Source of the DNA: Sphaerodactylus townsendi
Taxonomy: Eukaryota
Length of the DNA stretch: 64,000 bases
Assembly (NCBI RefSeq): GCF_021028975.2
Contig: NC_059427.1
Location: forward strand, 117,738,001 to 117,802,000
Direction of reading: 5' to 3'
Shown here: piece after piece, positions 35,726 through 48,162 of the stretch
Position numbering within the stretch: position 1 is the stretch's first letter
Layout: every line of letters begins with the position of its first letter
The notes under the pieces: generated by a model
Seen by the model: the letters and a program-made list of their open reading frames with translations, nothing else
What the model was told of the DNA's origin: nothing
The model's database searches: none
Position numbers and translations under genes: made by a program

Positions 35726-36446
35726 GGAGGGGATTCTATGATGATGACTTATTTTGGGGGCGGGGTGGGTGTGGGCAGCAATAGTGTGTTAAAAGATTCA
35801 GAACCACTACATTAACCATATTATAAACAACAATAAATCTGTCTACACGGGGAAAGTCCAATTCAGATTTAGCTTCATTACTGCACTTTTATATGGTGGA
35901 ATCATAGATAGGGTCCCAGTTAGTTGCTGACGTTTGCTTTACTTTATTTGTTACCATTTTAATGTGCAAAATGTCTTATCCTGTAACAGTGTTCCCTTCA
36001 CGCTTCTCTCTAGCTGCCACCGAGGCTTTTCTGCACTGTGGTATTCACTTCCTGTGCTGCAAACATTTCTACAGGTGTAAGAGCTCCTTGAAAAATATTA
36101 ATCAGGAACAAACAGAATCACTAATGGCAGAGGAAGTGAACACCACAGCAGAAGACAGCCTCTGCAGCAGCAAGCGAGAAGCACTAGGAAGGTGAACAAT
36201 AATATCCAAGTCTTATTCCTTACTCATCCCAGTAATGCACCTGTGAAGTAGATCACTCCTCTGTGTTTGACAGATCAACCACAAAATGAAGTTTTCTTCC
36301 CAGTGAGTTTAGAGTTACTCAAGTGTTAGATCCAAGGTCTCCAGGATTCCTTCTGGTACCATAATTTCTGAGACATTTACAGTTAACAAACTTCAGTCCT
36401 GTAACTCACCACTATTTTTAAATCTTGCATGAGTAAGAATAGAAGA

Positions 36447-36482
36447 AGAGCCCTTCGGGGGTTGGGCGGTATATAAGACTAA

Positions 36483-36532
<50 letters not shown>
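36447..36532 (+). repeat. L2 3' tip with (TAAA)n microsatellite
   Basis: gagcccttcgggggttgggcggtata matches the end of the L2 at ~18983-19010. Confidence 0.8.
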
Positions 36533-36533
<1 letters not shown>

Positions 36534-37218
36534 CAATATATTGCTTTCTTTCCCCCAAAGAAATTAAAATTTAGACCTTCAAACATGTTCCTCCAATGTG
36601 ATTAGACTGGCTTTCCAGATACCTGAAAGCAGGTGATTTCTTTTTTTCTAATGCTACTGACTAATGGGCAGGTGATTAGTGGAGTGAGATATGCTGCCGG
36701 AGGCTTATCCATGCCAGGAGCTGCTACATCAGAGCAAAGCATCGGTAAACAGCAACGGACATGAAGTTGACCTTGCATTGCTGCCTCCCATGATAACACT
36801 TCCTTTTGGAACGGGCCCATGGGGATTAGACCAGGAAAGACAGGGTTGCTTGTTAAGATGCAGCCTTCTAGTCAGCTTACAAGCCACTTACAAAGGTAGA
36901 GTGGCTCAAAACAAATTATTTCACGGGCACTTTTTCTATCTGGGTGTAAGATCTTTAATATGGAACATTTCAAATCTTTTTAGCAGAATACTGGCGACAA
37001 CCAGACTGCACAAATATCAGTTTTCTATAGAAGATAAGAAATAGGAAATATTTGAGAACATTATAAAGTAGCAAGCAAATTGGACTGCAGTAGTGGACTT
37101 ACTGCTTTTGGAATGTCCACATACCTCTTGTGGAATAATGCTAGAAGAGACTTGTAGGCCATAGACTAAACCCAGATGCATCTTGTGCAAAAGATCGTAA
37201 AAGATTAGCTTACATTAT

Positions 37219-37320
37219 CTAATGAAGGGAGCTTTGACTGTTGACCATTTAGACCATGAAAACCTTGTTGGTCTCTAATCTAGCTCTTCTGCTGCAGACC
37301 AACACAGCTACCCTCCTGAA
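37219..37320 (+). mobile_element. Decayed Penelope-like terminal fragment (second family)
   Basis: ctaatgaagggagc...ttgttggtctctaa...cagaccaacacagctaccc; an antisense piece of the same type lies at 47305-47353. Confidence 0.55.
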
Positions 37321-37829
37321 AATAACTCACAGTGTCCAGATACTGGTGATCACGTTATTGCACATCTACTGTAAACTCTTGCCACAGCAGACAGTAGGCC
37401 CGACAAGTAGTTAATGCGCATTGTAAAAGGTTTTACCTGTTCATTATCAGATTAAGTAGAAAAAATGTACACATTCAGGTAGCTTTCAGATATGCTTGTT
37501 CCTTTTTCATTCCTCCTTCTTCTCCTAGCAGTGGGGATAAATGACATGTCACACCAAGCATTGATCTCCAGAAGTCCTGTAGGCCACATTAAAATTTTCA
37601 TTAGAGGTTTTCATATTTCCAGTGTGTCTTTGCAGCCATAAGGATGTTTGTTTATTGTGTTAAATGGAAGCACAAATTGCTGAATTCTGTGCTGTATTCA
37701 ACAGAATTCTGCATTTAAAAAGTTCAGTCAGATAAACATGTAAGATAGTGTCTGTCTCCATTAAGACTCTGGACTGAGGCCTGCCCATAGATATGTAAGT
37801 GGTTCCACTTCATCTGAACTCTTCCAGCT

Positions 37830-38032
37830 CAGGGAATTGTTTCATCAAAGCCACCAGCATGGCTGCTAATTGGCCATGCTCGTGGCTGATGGGACTGTAG
37901 CCCTGCAACATTCGAGGTTTCGCAGTTCCTACCCCTGCAATCTGCTAATAGTCCAGGGGTAGGAACCTGCGGCTCCAGATGTTCAGGAACTACAATTCCC
38001 ATCAGCCTACCAGCATGGCCAATTGGCCATGC
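37830..38032. mobile_element. Two adjacent partial copies of the 148-bp MITE
   Basis: ...ttcctacccctg (ends 37937) then caggggtaggaacctgcgg...ggccaattggccatgc. Confidence 0.75.
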
Positions 38033-39484
38033 TGTTGAAAAGCTGATAATGTAGTCCCTAAGGAAAACAGGTTCTACACTAAACTGCAGTCTTACCACAT
38101 GATTAGGCTTTTGACACAAGTAGGCCTCAAAAGAGTATCCTGCTGCTCTCCTGGACAGGAATGCAGCCTTCTTGGTCCCTTCTGACCACCAAGGCCTCAG
38201 GTTTTACTAACTCTGTGGCTTCTTCCCTTTGTCAGCCAGCCATCTTTCTTCCCTCCCTTTATCTCTTCTAGCCTTTTATGCTCCTTTCTCTAGCCACAAC
38301 CACTCTCTGACTCTCTCAGTCTACACTCTCAAAGAAGTCTGTACTCCCAAGGCAACCTTTACTCCTGAGGAGGCTAATACCAGCAGTTTTTACCATTCTT
38401 TGTTTTCTAGGTGCCTCAGGGCCTAGTCCTGCCTTTCCCTCTTCTTGTTAGCTAACATACAACCTCTGTTGGAGCTGTTTCTAGGCTTCACCTCTTGACA
38501 TGCCCACCTGAAATACCATGAGTTGTGAAAGATACACACAATATGTCACTGTGATTAATTGCAAGTTTCATACCAGAGTGCCCATAGGAAAAATATTTAA
38601 AAATACCCAACCAGCTGTCCAAAGAAGGTAAGAGGAAAGAAGGACTACAGAGGAAGAAGAGCTGATATGATACTGGACATGCCAAACCTGTCCATTGTCA
38701 AATCTTAGAATTACTACTCTTATTCTCCTCCCGGCAATCAAGGTTATTATGGGGAAAATACCCAAAATTCCAGTATTATAGTAACAGTTGGTTACACTGA
38801 TCAAATTATACTGGATCAAATTCATGGACACTTAATTTAATTCTTAATAGCAATAATAGTAGAATGTTTGAGAAGCACTTTTGAATCCTCAGAGTGGTTT
38901 GCATATCTAATTTTGCAATCCTTACAACAAATCAGTACATACGTTAGTATTCTGTGTACCGCTGCAAGAGAACGGCTTGCCTGAGGCCACCTAGTGAGTT
39001 CATGGCAGAGATATGATTCAATGTTGTGCCTTGCTGATTCATAAGTCAGTCTCTCAGCTGCTACACCGTACCAGTATGTGGATGAATAATGCTCCAATTT
39101 CTATGTAATTTCAATTCACTTTTACAACAAATGCTGCCTGTTATCAATACTTATGTTAATATGCTTTGGTTCTTACTTTAAATGAAATGTTTGGGTGCGG
39201 GGCAGTGGGAATTCTTGAGATTTGATCATCAAAAAAAATCTTCAAACATGGTTACTTAGTATGAAGCAAGTACCACTCTGGCATAGCAATGTTTGCAGTG
39301 ACTAAAATATTTAAGGAATGGAGGGAATTCACAATTTTTGGCATATGATTCCTGTTGTGCCACGGAATTCTTTCTAGAAGGGCATATCAAATCAGTCTGT
39401 CTTGTGTGACTAATTAAACCCTTTCTGTACCAATTGCTTCATGTTCACAAGTTGCTCCTAGTATTTTTTTTTTAATGCTACAAG

Positions 39485-39660
39485 TTAGGGACTTGGGGAT
39501 CCTCTGGAATGATAGCCCACCTCCAAACTACATGAGTCAGTTCTCCTGGAGAAAAAAAATGCCTTGGCGTGTGGACTCTCTGCCTCACTGGGGTCCCTGT
39601 CCTCCCCAGGCTGCATCCCCAAATCTCCACGAGTTCTTTGACCTGGAGATGGCAACCCAA
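39485..39660. mobile_element. Partial MITE with TAGGGTTGCCA-type terminus
   Basis: cagttctcctggagaaaa internal motif and tggcaaccc end. Confidence 0.5.
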
Positions 39661-39662
39661 TT

Positions 39663-39794
39663 AAGAACATAAGACATAAGAAAGAGCCTGCTGGATCAGA
39701 CCAGAGTCCATCTAGTCTGCTACTTGCATGCTGCTACTTGCAGTGGCCCACCAGATGCCTCTGGGAGCTCACAAGCAGGATGTGAAAGCAATGG

Positions 39795-39889
<95 letters not shown>

Positions 39890-39921
39890 TGAGCACTGGG
39901 TCTGCTAAGGCATTTGCAATC
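39663..39921 (-). mobile_element. CR1 3' end fragment carrying an expanded CTG tract
   Basis: Aligns to 2465-2636. Confidence 0.8.
39796..39885 (+). repeat. (CTG)30 microsatellite
   Basis: Uninterrupted 90-nt tract. Confidence 0.98.
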
Positions 39922-40070
39922 ACAGGTCAAGCAGGATCAAGATTGGTAGAATTAACCCCCCCCCCTTGCGACCAGTGACCAGGAGGGACCTGACTACCCT
40001 CCTGTAAGTAGACGTGAACTTTGTAAAGGTTGGTTTTTAACCATGGCTTTTCTGTTTCTGATTTCAGCAG

Positions 40071-40277
40071 GCTGGGGAGAGATGCCTGCTGTCCATGCAA
40101 AGCCTGAAGCTTCATGGGGAGAGCCTTCCTCCCCTTCTGCTGCAGTTGATAATGGCACTTCAGCATGGGGGAAGCCCCCCAGCAGTGGTACAGGGTGGGG
40201 AGATAACTCTGCTGAGTCAGCAGGATCATATGGAAGAGCAAGTGCACCAACTGCTGCCCCAGCACTGTGCAAACCAG
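40071..40277 (+). CDS. TNRC6C: TNRC6C exon (GWGEMPAVH...ALCKP), Ago-hook region
   Basis: Acceptor tttcagcag| (NAGNAG, alternative start 40068), donor CCAG|gtgaat; 207 nt; contains VDNGTSAWGKPP. Confidence 0.93.
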
Positions 40278-41028
40278 GTGAATCTATTCTCATTATCTTG
40301 ACTGCATGAAGAGGGCACACCTGGTAGCTTTACTTCTGTTTTTTTTAATTGCTATTTTCATGTACTGTGTATAGTTTGGAAGACCAAAGGCATGTGTGTA
40401 CTCTGCCTGAAATACCAGCTGTGCAGCTCAGGAAGTCTAGTAGGTTCTAGTAGCTGATGGGCCCCTATTAACTAGTTCTGTTGGTATATTAGCTGCAGTT
40501 TGATTACTGCAATATATTTATATGTGGAACTGCTGTCAGAAGTCTGTCAGAAAAATCTGGTGCTGAACACAGGTGGCAAGCTGTTAACAGAGACTGTAAG
40601 CATATTTCTCATTTTCATTGGCTCCTTCTTTGTTTGTGGATCCAATCCAAAATGCTGGTTGTGGCCTATAAAAACCTGAAAGCCCTAGGACCAGAATTGC
40701 TGACCAATTACATTCAAGCTAGGAATCAAAATGTTGAGAAAAAGTAGGAGAAAACTGCATTCAAGCACATGAACCTAGCTGTCAGTTGAGACCTTGATTG
40801 GAGATACTTTATCCTGGCCCCCAGGGAATTCTGTATCTTATCTGCAGGTTTCAGGCTGTGTCATCCGCCTTGAGTCCAAGAGAGAAAGGCATAGTAAAAA
40901 TAATGTGAATAAATATTATTCTTGACTACTGTCTCTGAATTTTGACTTTGTGTCAGTTAGCTTTAATACTTATAGAGAATTTGGTTTTAAATATAACTAA
41001 TGACCCTTCAGGCATAAGCTTCTTAGTA

Positions 41029-41299
41029 AAAGAAAGGTAAAGGTAGTCCCCTGTGCAAGTACCAGGTCATTACTGACTCATGGGGTGGTATCATGTAGGC
41101 AGACTATGTTTATGAGGTGATTTGTCATTACCTTCCTCATTCTTCTATACTTCCTAGCAAGCTGGGGGTATTCATTTTACTGACCTTGGAAGGATGGGAG
41201 TCATCCTTGAGCCATTATCTGCATTGACATCTGTCAGGATTGAACGCTGGTCATGAGCAGAGCTCGACCACACAGCTTACCAGTCTGAGCTGAAGGGCT
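41029..41299 (-). mobile_element. Sauria SINE
   Basis: aaaggtaaaggtagtcccctgtgcaag start and core motifs. Confidence 0.8.
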
Positions 41300-41379
41300 T
41301 TTTGACCTTCAGAAAGCTTTTCAGATATATTCATCCTGAAATTTTGAATGGCAAACTGAAATCTTCCATTTCCCCCCAG

Positions 41380-41549
41380 CTTCTAAATCTTCTATGCAAG
41401 AAGGCTGGGGCAGTGGTGGAGATGAAGTAAATCTCAGTACAAGTCAGTGGGAAGATGAAGAAGGAGATATGTGGAATAATACTGCTTCTCAAGAGAGCAA
41501 TTCCTCTTGTAGCTCCTGGGGGAATGCCCCAAAGAAAGGACTTCAAAAG
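41380..41549 (+). CDS. TNRC6C: TNRC6C exon (ASKSSMQEGWGS...KKGLQK)
   Basis: ccccccag|CTTCT ... AAG|gtaaga; 170 nt, phase 1-0. Confidence 0.94.
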
Positions 41550-42250
41550 GTAAGATGGTAAACATGATTAAGATAGGAAGTCAAGTGTTTTATTTGCTGA
41601 TTTTTTTGGTCAAACTATTTTATGAAAGTCCTATATCCAATAGGAAGTACATCCAATAGGTTTTACCATTTGTGATTATTTGTTCCTTGTGTTAGCAGCC
41701 CAGATGTAAACAGAATTGATTCTGCTGCCAGCCATACCTCACTTCCTGGTGGAATTGAGAGAGGTGGTATTGGCCCTGAAGTTGACATTGGTAGTGGTAT
41801 TGGCTTCTGGTTTTATAGTGATAGATGAAGTGTAAAAGAGAAGTTTCAGTCTAATTCTTTCCCTCTCATTAAAAGCAAAGGGACATGGGCTGTCCTTTTA
41901 AATTTACAGACAGGTTTCGTGGGATCTTTGCATTAAGTTTTATTTGCTTACTTGGTAATAATTGGGACAAAGCTATTGAGCTTGCAACATGGATCATTTC
42001 TTTGCTGCGTACATTATTCTTACCTGATTATTTGAGATTTTTATAAAGTGCATTTACCCTTGGTGGAGTGGAAATTTTATGTATATTCTAAATATTAAGA
42101 CACATGAAAATTTATAATATGGGAGCACACACTAGAGTAACATACTATATTTTAAAGAGGGCCTTCCTGTGGATGCCATTGCTGTAAACATGAAATTCAG
42201 TAGATGTAATAGTTTTTTCCCCCATTTTTCCCCTCAATGAATCTACATAG

Positions 42251-42331
42251 GGCATGAAGACATCTAGTAAGCAAGATGAGGCCTGGATCATGAATCGTCT
42301 GACAAAACAGCTTACAGACATGGGCTTCCCA
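42251..42331 (+). CDS. TNRC6C: TNRC6C exon (GMKTSSKQDEAWIMNRLTKQLTDMGFP), start of UBA-like domain
   Basis: catag|GGC ... CCA|gtgagt; 81 nt. Confidence 0.94.
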
Positions 42332-43113
42332 GTGAGTAAAATTCATACTCCTACATAACCTGTGGAATTCAGTTCTTCAGTTCAGTACTTCAGTTCATCA
42401 GTAATATGCAAAAAGCGTATCGTGATCATGGAAGCAAAAAAGCTAAGCCTACACAAATTTGCTTGTCATAGGGAGAGCCCCCTCCAAATTCAGAAGAAAG
42501 CAGAATAAAGATCACATTTTATAAGTAGAACTGGAGCCACTAACCTTCAGAGGTCAGTTTGCCCATGGCAAACAGTATGATTGTGTTGGAGAATATCGGA
42601 GAAGTCTGAAATATTAATGCTGCTACTAGTTCTCTTATATCATTTTTGTTTTGAATGATATTGCTCTATCTACATTGTATTTATCCATGCAACAAATCTG
42701 TGAGGTACGTCGCTGTTCCCAGTTTCTCGATGAATCAGGTAGAGAACTTACCTGGTGCCACATATTGACTCTTTGGTAGAGGTGGAACCTGCAGATAAAC
42801 ACAAGTTCACTCTTTCCAAATGTTGGTGAGCTTTATATCTGCCTTCTGTTCAGCGGCAGCTCTTTTCACTGACACTGCTATGGCACCCTTTAGCAGGATG
42901 TTGATATGAAAATATGAGCAGGTGATTAAATTTATTTCCATGTTGTGTAAAACTTTATCTGTTAATTTCTGTATGTCAGCTTTCTCTCAGAGGCTCTGGA
43001 GTCCATTCCTTCTTGAATGTGAACATTGACAAGAGTAGAAAAGAATAGAGTGAATCCCACTGTAAGAATAGAGTTAAGACTCGCCCGAACCTTGGGTCCT
43101 AGAAATCCTAGCT

Positions 43114-43447
43114 CAGGGGTCCCCAATGTGGAGCCCGTTGACACCTTTTTTGACACCTGCTAAGTATTTTTAGGAAGTGGGAGGGGTCAGGTGGAGTTTT
43201 TGCCCAGCAAGGCATCTTATTCACTACTGGAGATTTGATTGGTTCTGCAGATTTTTTTAAAAATGTTGCTTTGACAGCAGCTTCCATCAGCACAAGGATC
43301 TGAATTGTGTTACTGAAATTAACCTGTGGCAATGATTTTGTGGATGGTTATGCAACCATTTTATGGCAGCCATTTCGTTGTTGTGCCCACCATGCTGTGT
43401 CAGAGTTCTCAGTGGGGCTGCAGGCTCAGCAGGGTTAGGGATTCCTG
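43114..43447. mobile_element. Non-autonomous hAT element
   Basis: caggggtccccaa ... ttagggattcctg; TSD tcctagct/ttctagct. Confidence 0.75.
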
Positions 43448-43630
43448 TTCTAGCTGATTCAAAAGTATCTTTTCCCCCTTTTCATTCCTTTTTTTGCATT
43501 TCTGACAGATTTCTTTGCAAAAGTACCATGTTTGAGAACTAAAATTATTTAACCTTTTTTTTTGGGGGGGGGGGGACAGTTGTCACAAAGCTTATATTAC
43601 ATTAGTTATAAACAAACCTCATTTTTACAG

Positions 43631-43688
43631 AGAGAGCCAGCAGAAGAGGCCTTGAAGAGTAACAGTATGAATCTTGATCAGGCCATGA
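43631..43688 (+). CDS. TNRC6C: TNRC6C exon (REPAEEALKSNSMNLDQAM), UBA-like domain
   Basis: ttttacag|AGA ... ATGA|gtaagt; 58 nt. Confidence 0.94.
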
Positions 43689-43958
43689 GTAAGTATTGTT
43701 GTAATTGAAATAGATATTTATGAGGGTTGATGTACTGTGAAATCAGTATCTTTTCTCACCAGCATTTTAGCAACAAATGGTAGTTGGTAGTGAATTACCA
43801 TAAAATACTCCAAGTTAGTATTTTAAAAGCACAGTACAGTTTAAATTTCATCTTAGATATGTCATAGAAGCAGCAATGGGGGCAGAATGATAGAAGTATC
43901 AATAAGCTAGCCATTGTATCTGGACTCTGAGCATCTTTTATGCTATTACTATTTGCAG

Positions 43959-44104
43959 GTGCTCTGCTGGAAAAGAAGGTGGAAATGGACAAGCGTGGAA
44001 TGGGAGTGGCTGACTACAATGGAATGGTCACCAAACCCCTTGGCTGCCGCCCACCACCAATCTCCAAAGAGTCTTCCATGGACCGCCCCACCTTCCTTGA
44101 CAAG
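43959..44104 (+). CDS. TNRC6C: TNRC6C exon (SALLEKKVEM...PTFLDK)
   Basis: ttgcag|GTGCT ... AAG|gtaggt; 146 nt. Confidence 0.94.
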
Positions 44105-46476
44105 GTAGGTGCAGTGTTCTGTGAATAAAGCCACTAGTATATTTGCAAGGGGGAAGAAAGTCTAGTAGATTAACACAGAGCAGAAATGTAAATATTTCTG
44201 CCTCATTATTATGCTCCTTTTTCTTCTTTACTTTGTACTTGTGAAAAGGAGAATAATTGCTGCCATAGAGACTGAGATGAAGTGTAACGGAGTAGACATA
44301 TGGCGTTAACCGTATGAACTGTATTAAAACAAAGCTACAAATATTTGCAGATCTATGCAGGCTTCACTCTGCAATTGTAATTTTTTCTTCCTTGGTATTA
44401 AAATGATGAAAGCTAGCAGGAACCTGAAATTCTCCCATTCCATCTCTTTGCCACAAAGTAGGCACAAGCAGATTCCAGCTTTTGTTTACACAGATATGAA
44501 TCCTCCTATCAGCATGCGGATTAAATCTCATTATCCAAATTCTAGTGTGCTGTAATCAGAGAGCAAGAGTGAACAGATGCCTGTGAAATTACATAAACAG
44601 CAAAGTTAAAAGTCCAGATTATTTTTGTCTTCCCAGTATCAGAATATCCTTGGGGCAGAGACCTGTTTCTTTACTAATGTTACTGTGTAAAATGCTATAA
44701 AATAAATATACACATAATAATAAACAGTGGTCCATATCACGTAGGTGCTGCATTGGGAATATACGAAATATCATGAATGCATGATATTTTGACTTCCAAT
44801 TGGTATTCTCAGAAACAAGCAATACATTTCAAACTTTGCTTATATTATTCATCCATCAGGTCTGTCTGAATGAGTTGCCTTAAGCCTTCTAGCACCCCCA
44901 ATTCCATCTCTGGTCAGGACAATGTATATTTTTATTCCAGAGGGGAAAATATCCAGGATGAACCCTTCCTAATCACAGTAGACTTTAATTAAGGCACAAC
45001 AATAAAATATTTTTCCTAGGTAGAATATTTATTATGTTTGTGACAAGGCCAGCTTTTCAGCACTTTACAATTGATTGTAAGGTACTGCATTTATTATTTC
45101 TGGATGCTCTTCTCCTGTTAGTACAGAGTTGAAGAAGTCAGTATAGGTAAACAGAAATAGGAGCTTTCAGCAATAATTATGATATGTTATCAAAGAGAGC
45201 GAATGTACATTTTAAATAAGACTTCGTTACGTTAAAGCTCTTGTGTGGTCCTTACTCTGGTGCATGATCCACAGTTTCTGAAATAAGGATGTCTACACGT
45301 TCTGATTATTTGGTCTTCAAAGTGTGTTAAGAAAAAACAGTTCTGATAATGGGAATTCTATCGAGAGTGACTGTCATAGTTTTCTTCCAGCCAAACTAAT
45401 TTGAAAGCAGTTAGTTATTTAGAGCAGTGTTTGAAAATAGGTATGCTGCTTTGGTAATCCAGACCACAAAAGTCGTGTTCTTGCTCTATCAGATGACTCT
45501 TGCATGATGTTATCCAGTCTGAGGCAATTTTGTGAACCACATCTGTTTCCATTACTGGGAATTACCCAAAATTGTGTTTAAAAGACAAGTGTTATGCTGC
45601 CCCTGAATTCTCCTCATTATTTAAGGGATTGCCGCCATTCAGATTAGTTCTCCACAGCAGAATCCTTTCTGACAATGGAAAACATTATTCTCCAGGGCTA
45701 CCTTTTTACAGTGATAGCTGTCTTTCTAAACCCTATATATATATATTTAACTGAGAATGTGAATGCCCTTTGTTCTTTGAGTTTTAAGCAATTGGCATGA
45801 TCAGGATTGACATTGTGTGTGTGAGATTTTCTTTTCATCAACACTGTGTAACACTCTATACATGAATACAAGCAATGGTTTACACAGCAAACCAGTCTCA
45901 AGTAGAAGGAATATAGGACACTGAAAACCATTCCCACTTAAGAGGCAGAAATGGATTGCAAACAGCTTGTGACCTGGGGAGACGAAATCCTTGAACCTGT
46001 TACTGTCATGCAAGCTGCTGTTTGTGGAGCATGACGGATATTCTTACAGAATGTTAACCATGTTGAGCTGAAAGACCTTGGGGATAGGATTAGAAAATGT
46101 CCGTATCCACTCTCAGGACTTTGCAGAACTAAACCAACTATCACTTTGGGTGAGGATCACTGCAAGAAACCACAAGAAACCCCTATGAGCATGATTTATT
46201 TAGAACTTCTGAAGTCTTCAAATTTAATTGGCATGGAACAATACTTACTCCTTTGAGGACTGTGGGCTGATCCCTAACAGTTGTTAATATTCTAAATGAA
46301 TGGATGAAAAGATAATGCAAGTTAGCTGTCAAGTGATTTTTAAAAAAATCTAACAGGGAATGTTTAGAACTACAATTATAGACAACTTATAGAGAGAAAA
46401 ATTTTGATTTTTGTTCCCCAAATGACTTCTAGTTTTTATTTATAAAATATTTAGGTTTTGAAGGGAAGGTTTAGGC

Positions 46477-46624
46477 CAGGGGTAGGAAACCTGCGGCTCT
46501 CCAGATGTTCAGGAACTACAATTCCCATCAGCCCCTACCAGCATGGCCAATTGGCCATGCTGACAGAGGCTGATGGGAATTGTAGTTCCTGAACATCTGG
46601 AGAGCCGCAGGTTCCCTACCCCTG
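46477..46624. mobile_element. Palindromic hAT MITE, 148 bp, young (opposite orientation to 17012)
   Basis: Exact 8-bp TSD GTTTAGGC; nearly identical to the reverse complement of 17012-17159. Confidence 0.93.
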
Positions 46625-48012
46625 GTTTAGGCAATAGGAACAAACCTGCTTCACAAGGACCAGAGCCATTGCTCAGCATATAGCTGCATAATATTAGGCC
46701 AGTGGTGGTAGAGATTGACTGGGTCTTCCTGATAAACTAAATGTTACACTAGTAGCCATTTGTTAATGTCTTTATGGGTTTTTCCACAGTGTATATTGTT
46801 TTGATCCCACACACAATTCAGGAGACCTTTGCTGTATCTTTTTTATTATAAAAAAGTAGAACAGATGGCAGCATTCTCAGAGAAGAATCTGCACCTACTT
46901 AAAAATATAAATAGACAAATTCCACTGTCCTTTCAAGTTCAAGTTTCTGCTTTGAAAGGTTTTTTTAAAAACAAATGGGAAACCATTGCTTTATATTTTT
47001 GGAGCAATCTGTTACTCGAAATTATAGAAAGCCTTCCTATTCTAGAGTTTGGAAACTGTGCCCTGTAGAATTAGGTATCAACCTTAAGCTTACCTACATT
47101 CATGTTTAGTCGTACTTACATCAGCAAGAGTTAAATGCATGTAAGAGGAGTAATGTTTGGAGCCATAATTATGTATGCAGAATTATCTTGAGTGCCTATT
47201 TTGTTCTAAAACGAGGTGTGTAGACTAGAGCACCCAACATCCTTATCGGTCTACATAATGTTCCCCTTTTCTCCCGCCCTCTCTTCCTTCTACAAATTCC
47301 ATTTGGGTAGCCACGTTAGTCTGCAGCAAAACCAAAAGCAGTCACTTGTGGCATGACAGTAGATGGCTCAGAACAGTAATGTGTTTTCTGAACAACTAAT
47401 TTATGCCTGTCCTGAGAGAGGAATCATTGATAATATGTAGTACCAGAAAAAAAAAACCCATGGGGTCTCTTGTAGTTTGCAGCATTCCTGACTCTGTAAG
47501 TTTGTGCTTGGTTGCTTCATACTTTGCTCCCAAAAAGCAGTTAGGCCTAAGTTTTCAGAAACATTAGCTGTTCTTTAGGTTCTTCATTTTGTAATGTGAT
47601 AAAAAAGAGAGGAAGCAAATTGAGTATGGAAGCAATGTCTGGACAATACTTTGTCTAATAGGCTTTTTGCCATTCCATCTGAGCCAAACAATTGCCATAT
47701 TGCTTTCCTAATTTAAAAAAAATGGAAAAAGACCCCCTTCTTTTGTCTTGCTGGGGTTTTTAAAAAAATATTTGATAATGGTCATTTAGTTATGCATTTA
47801 CAAAAGACAATGAACAAAGCAAAGACAAACAGTATCTTAATTCTGTTTCTCTTTTTTTCTTCCTTCCACTTCATACTTTTATGTATTTCTCATGCCTTTT
47901 TAAATAATATTTTGATCTTTTATTCATCCATGTTCCACTCCATGGGACACTGTTTTGTGCACTGTCTGCATCTGGACACTGCACACAGCTCACCCTTTCT
48001 TTTTTCAATCAG

Positions 48013-48162
48013 GATGGCGGCCTAGTGGAAGAGCCCACTACTTCACCATTTTTGCCTTCACCAAGCCTGAAGCTCCCCCTTTCAAACAGTGCACTCCCTA
48101 ATCAGACCCTGGGTGGGATTGCCTCAGGGCTGGGCATGCAAAACTTGAATTCTTCTAGACAG
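48013..48162 (+). CDS. TNRC6C: TNRC6C exon (DGGLVEEPT...NLNSSRQ); alternative in-frame acceptor at 47989
   Basis: aatcag|GAT ... CAG|gtaagg; 150 nt. Confidence 0.92.

Noticed and set aside
39720-39978. Poly-Leu and poly-Ser ORFs
   Set aside because: Translations of the CTG microsatellite inside a CR1 fragment
45500-45525. C/D snoRNA-like boxes (atgatg...ctga)
   Set aside because: Imperfect C box, spacing far too short, no terminal stem
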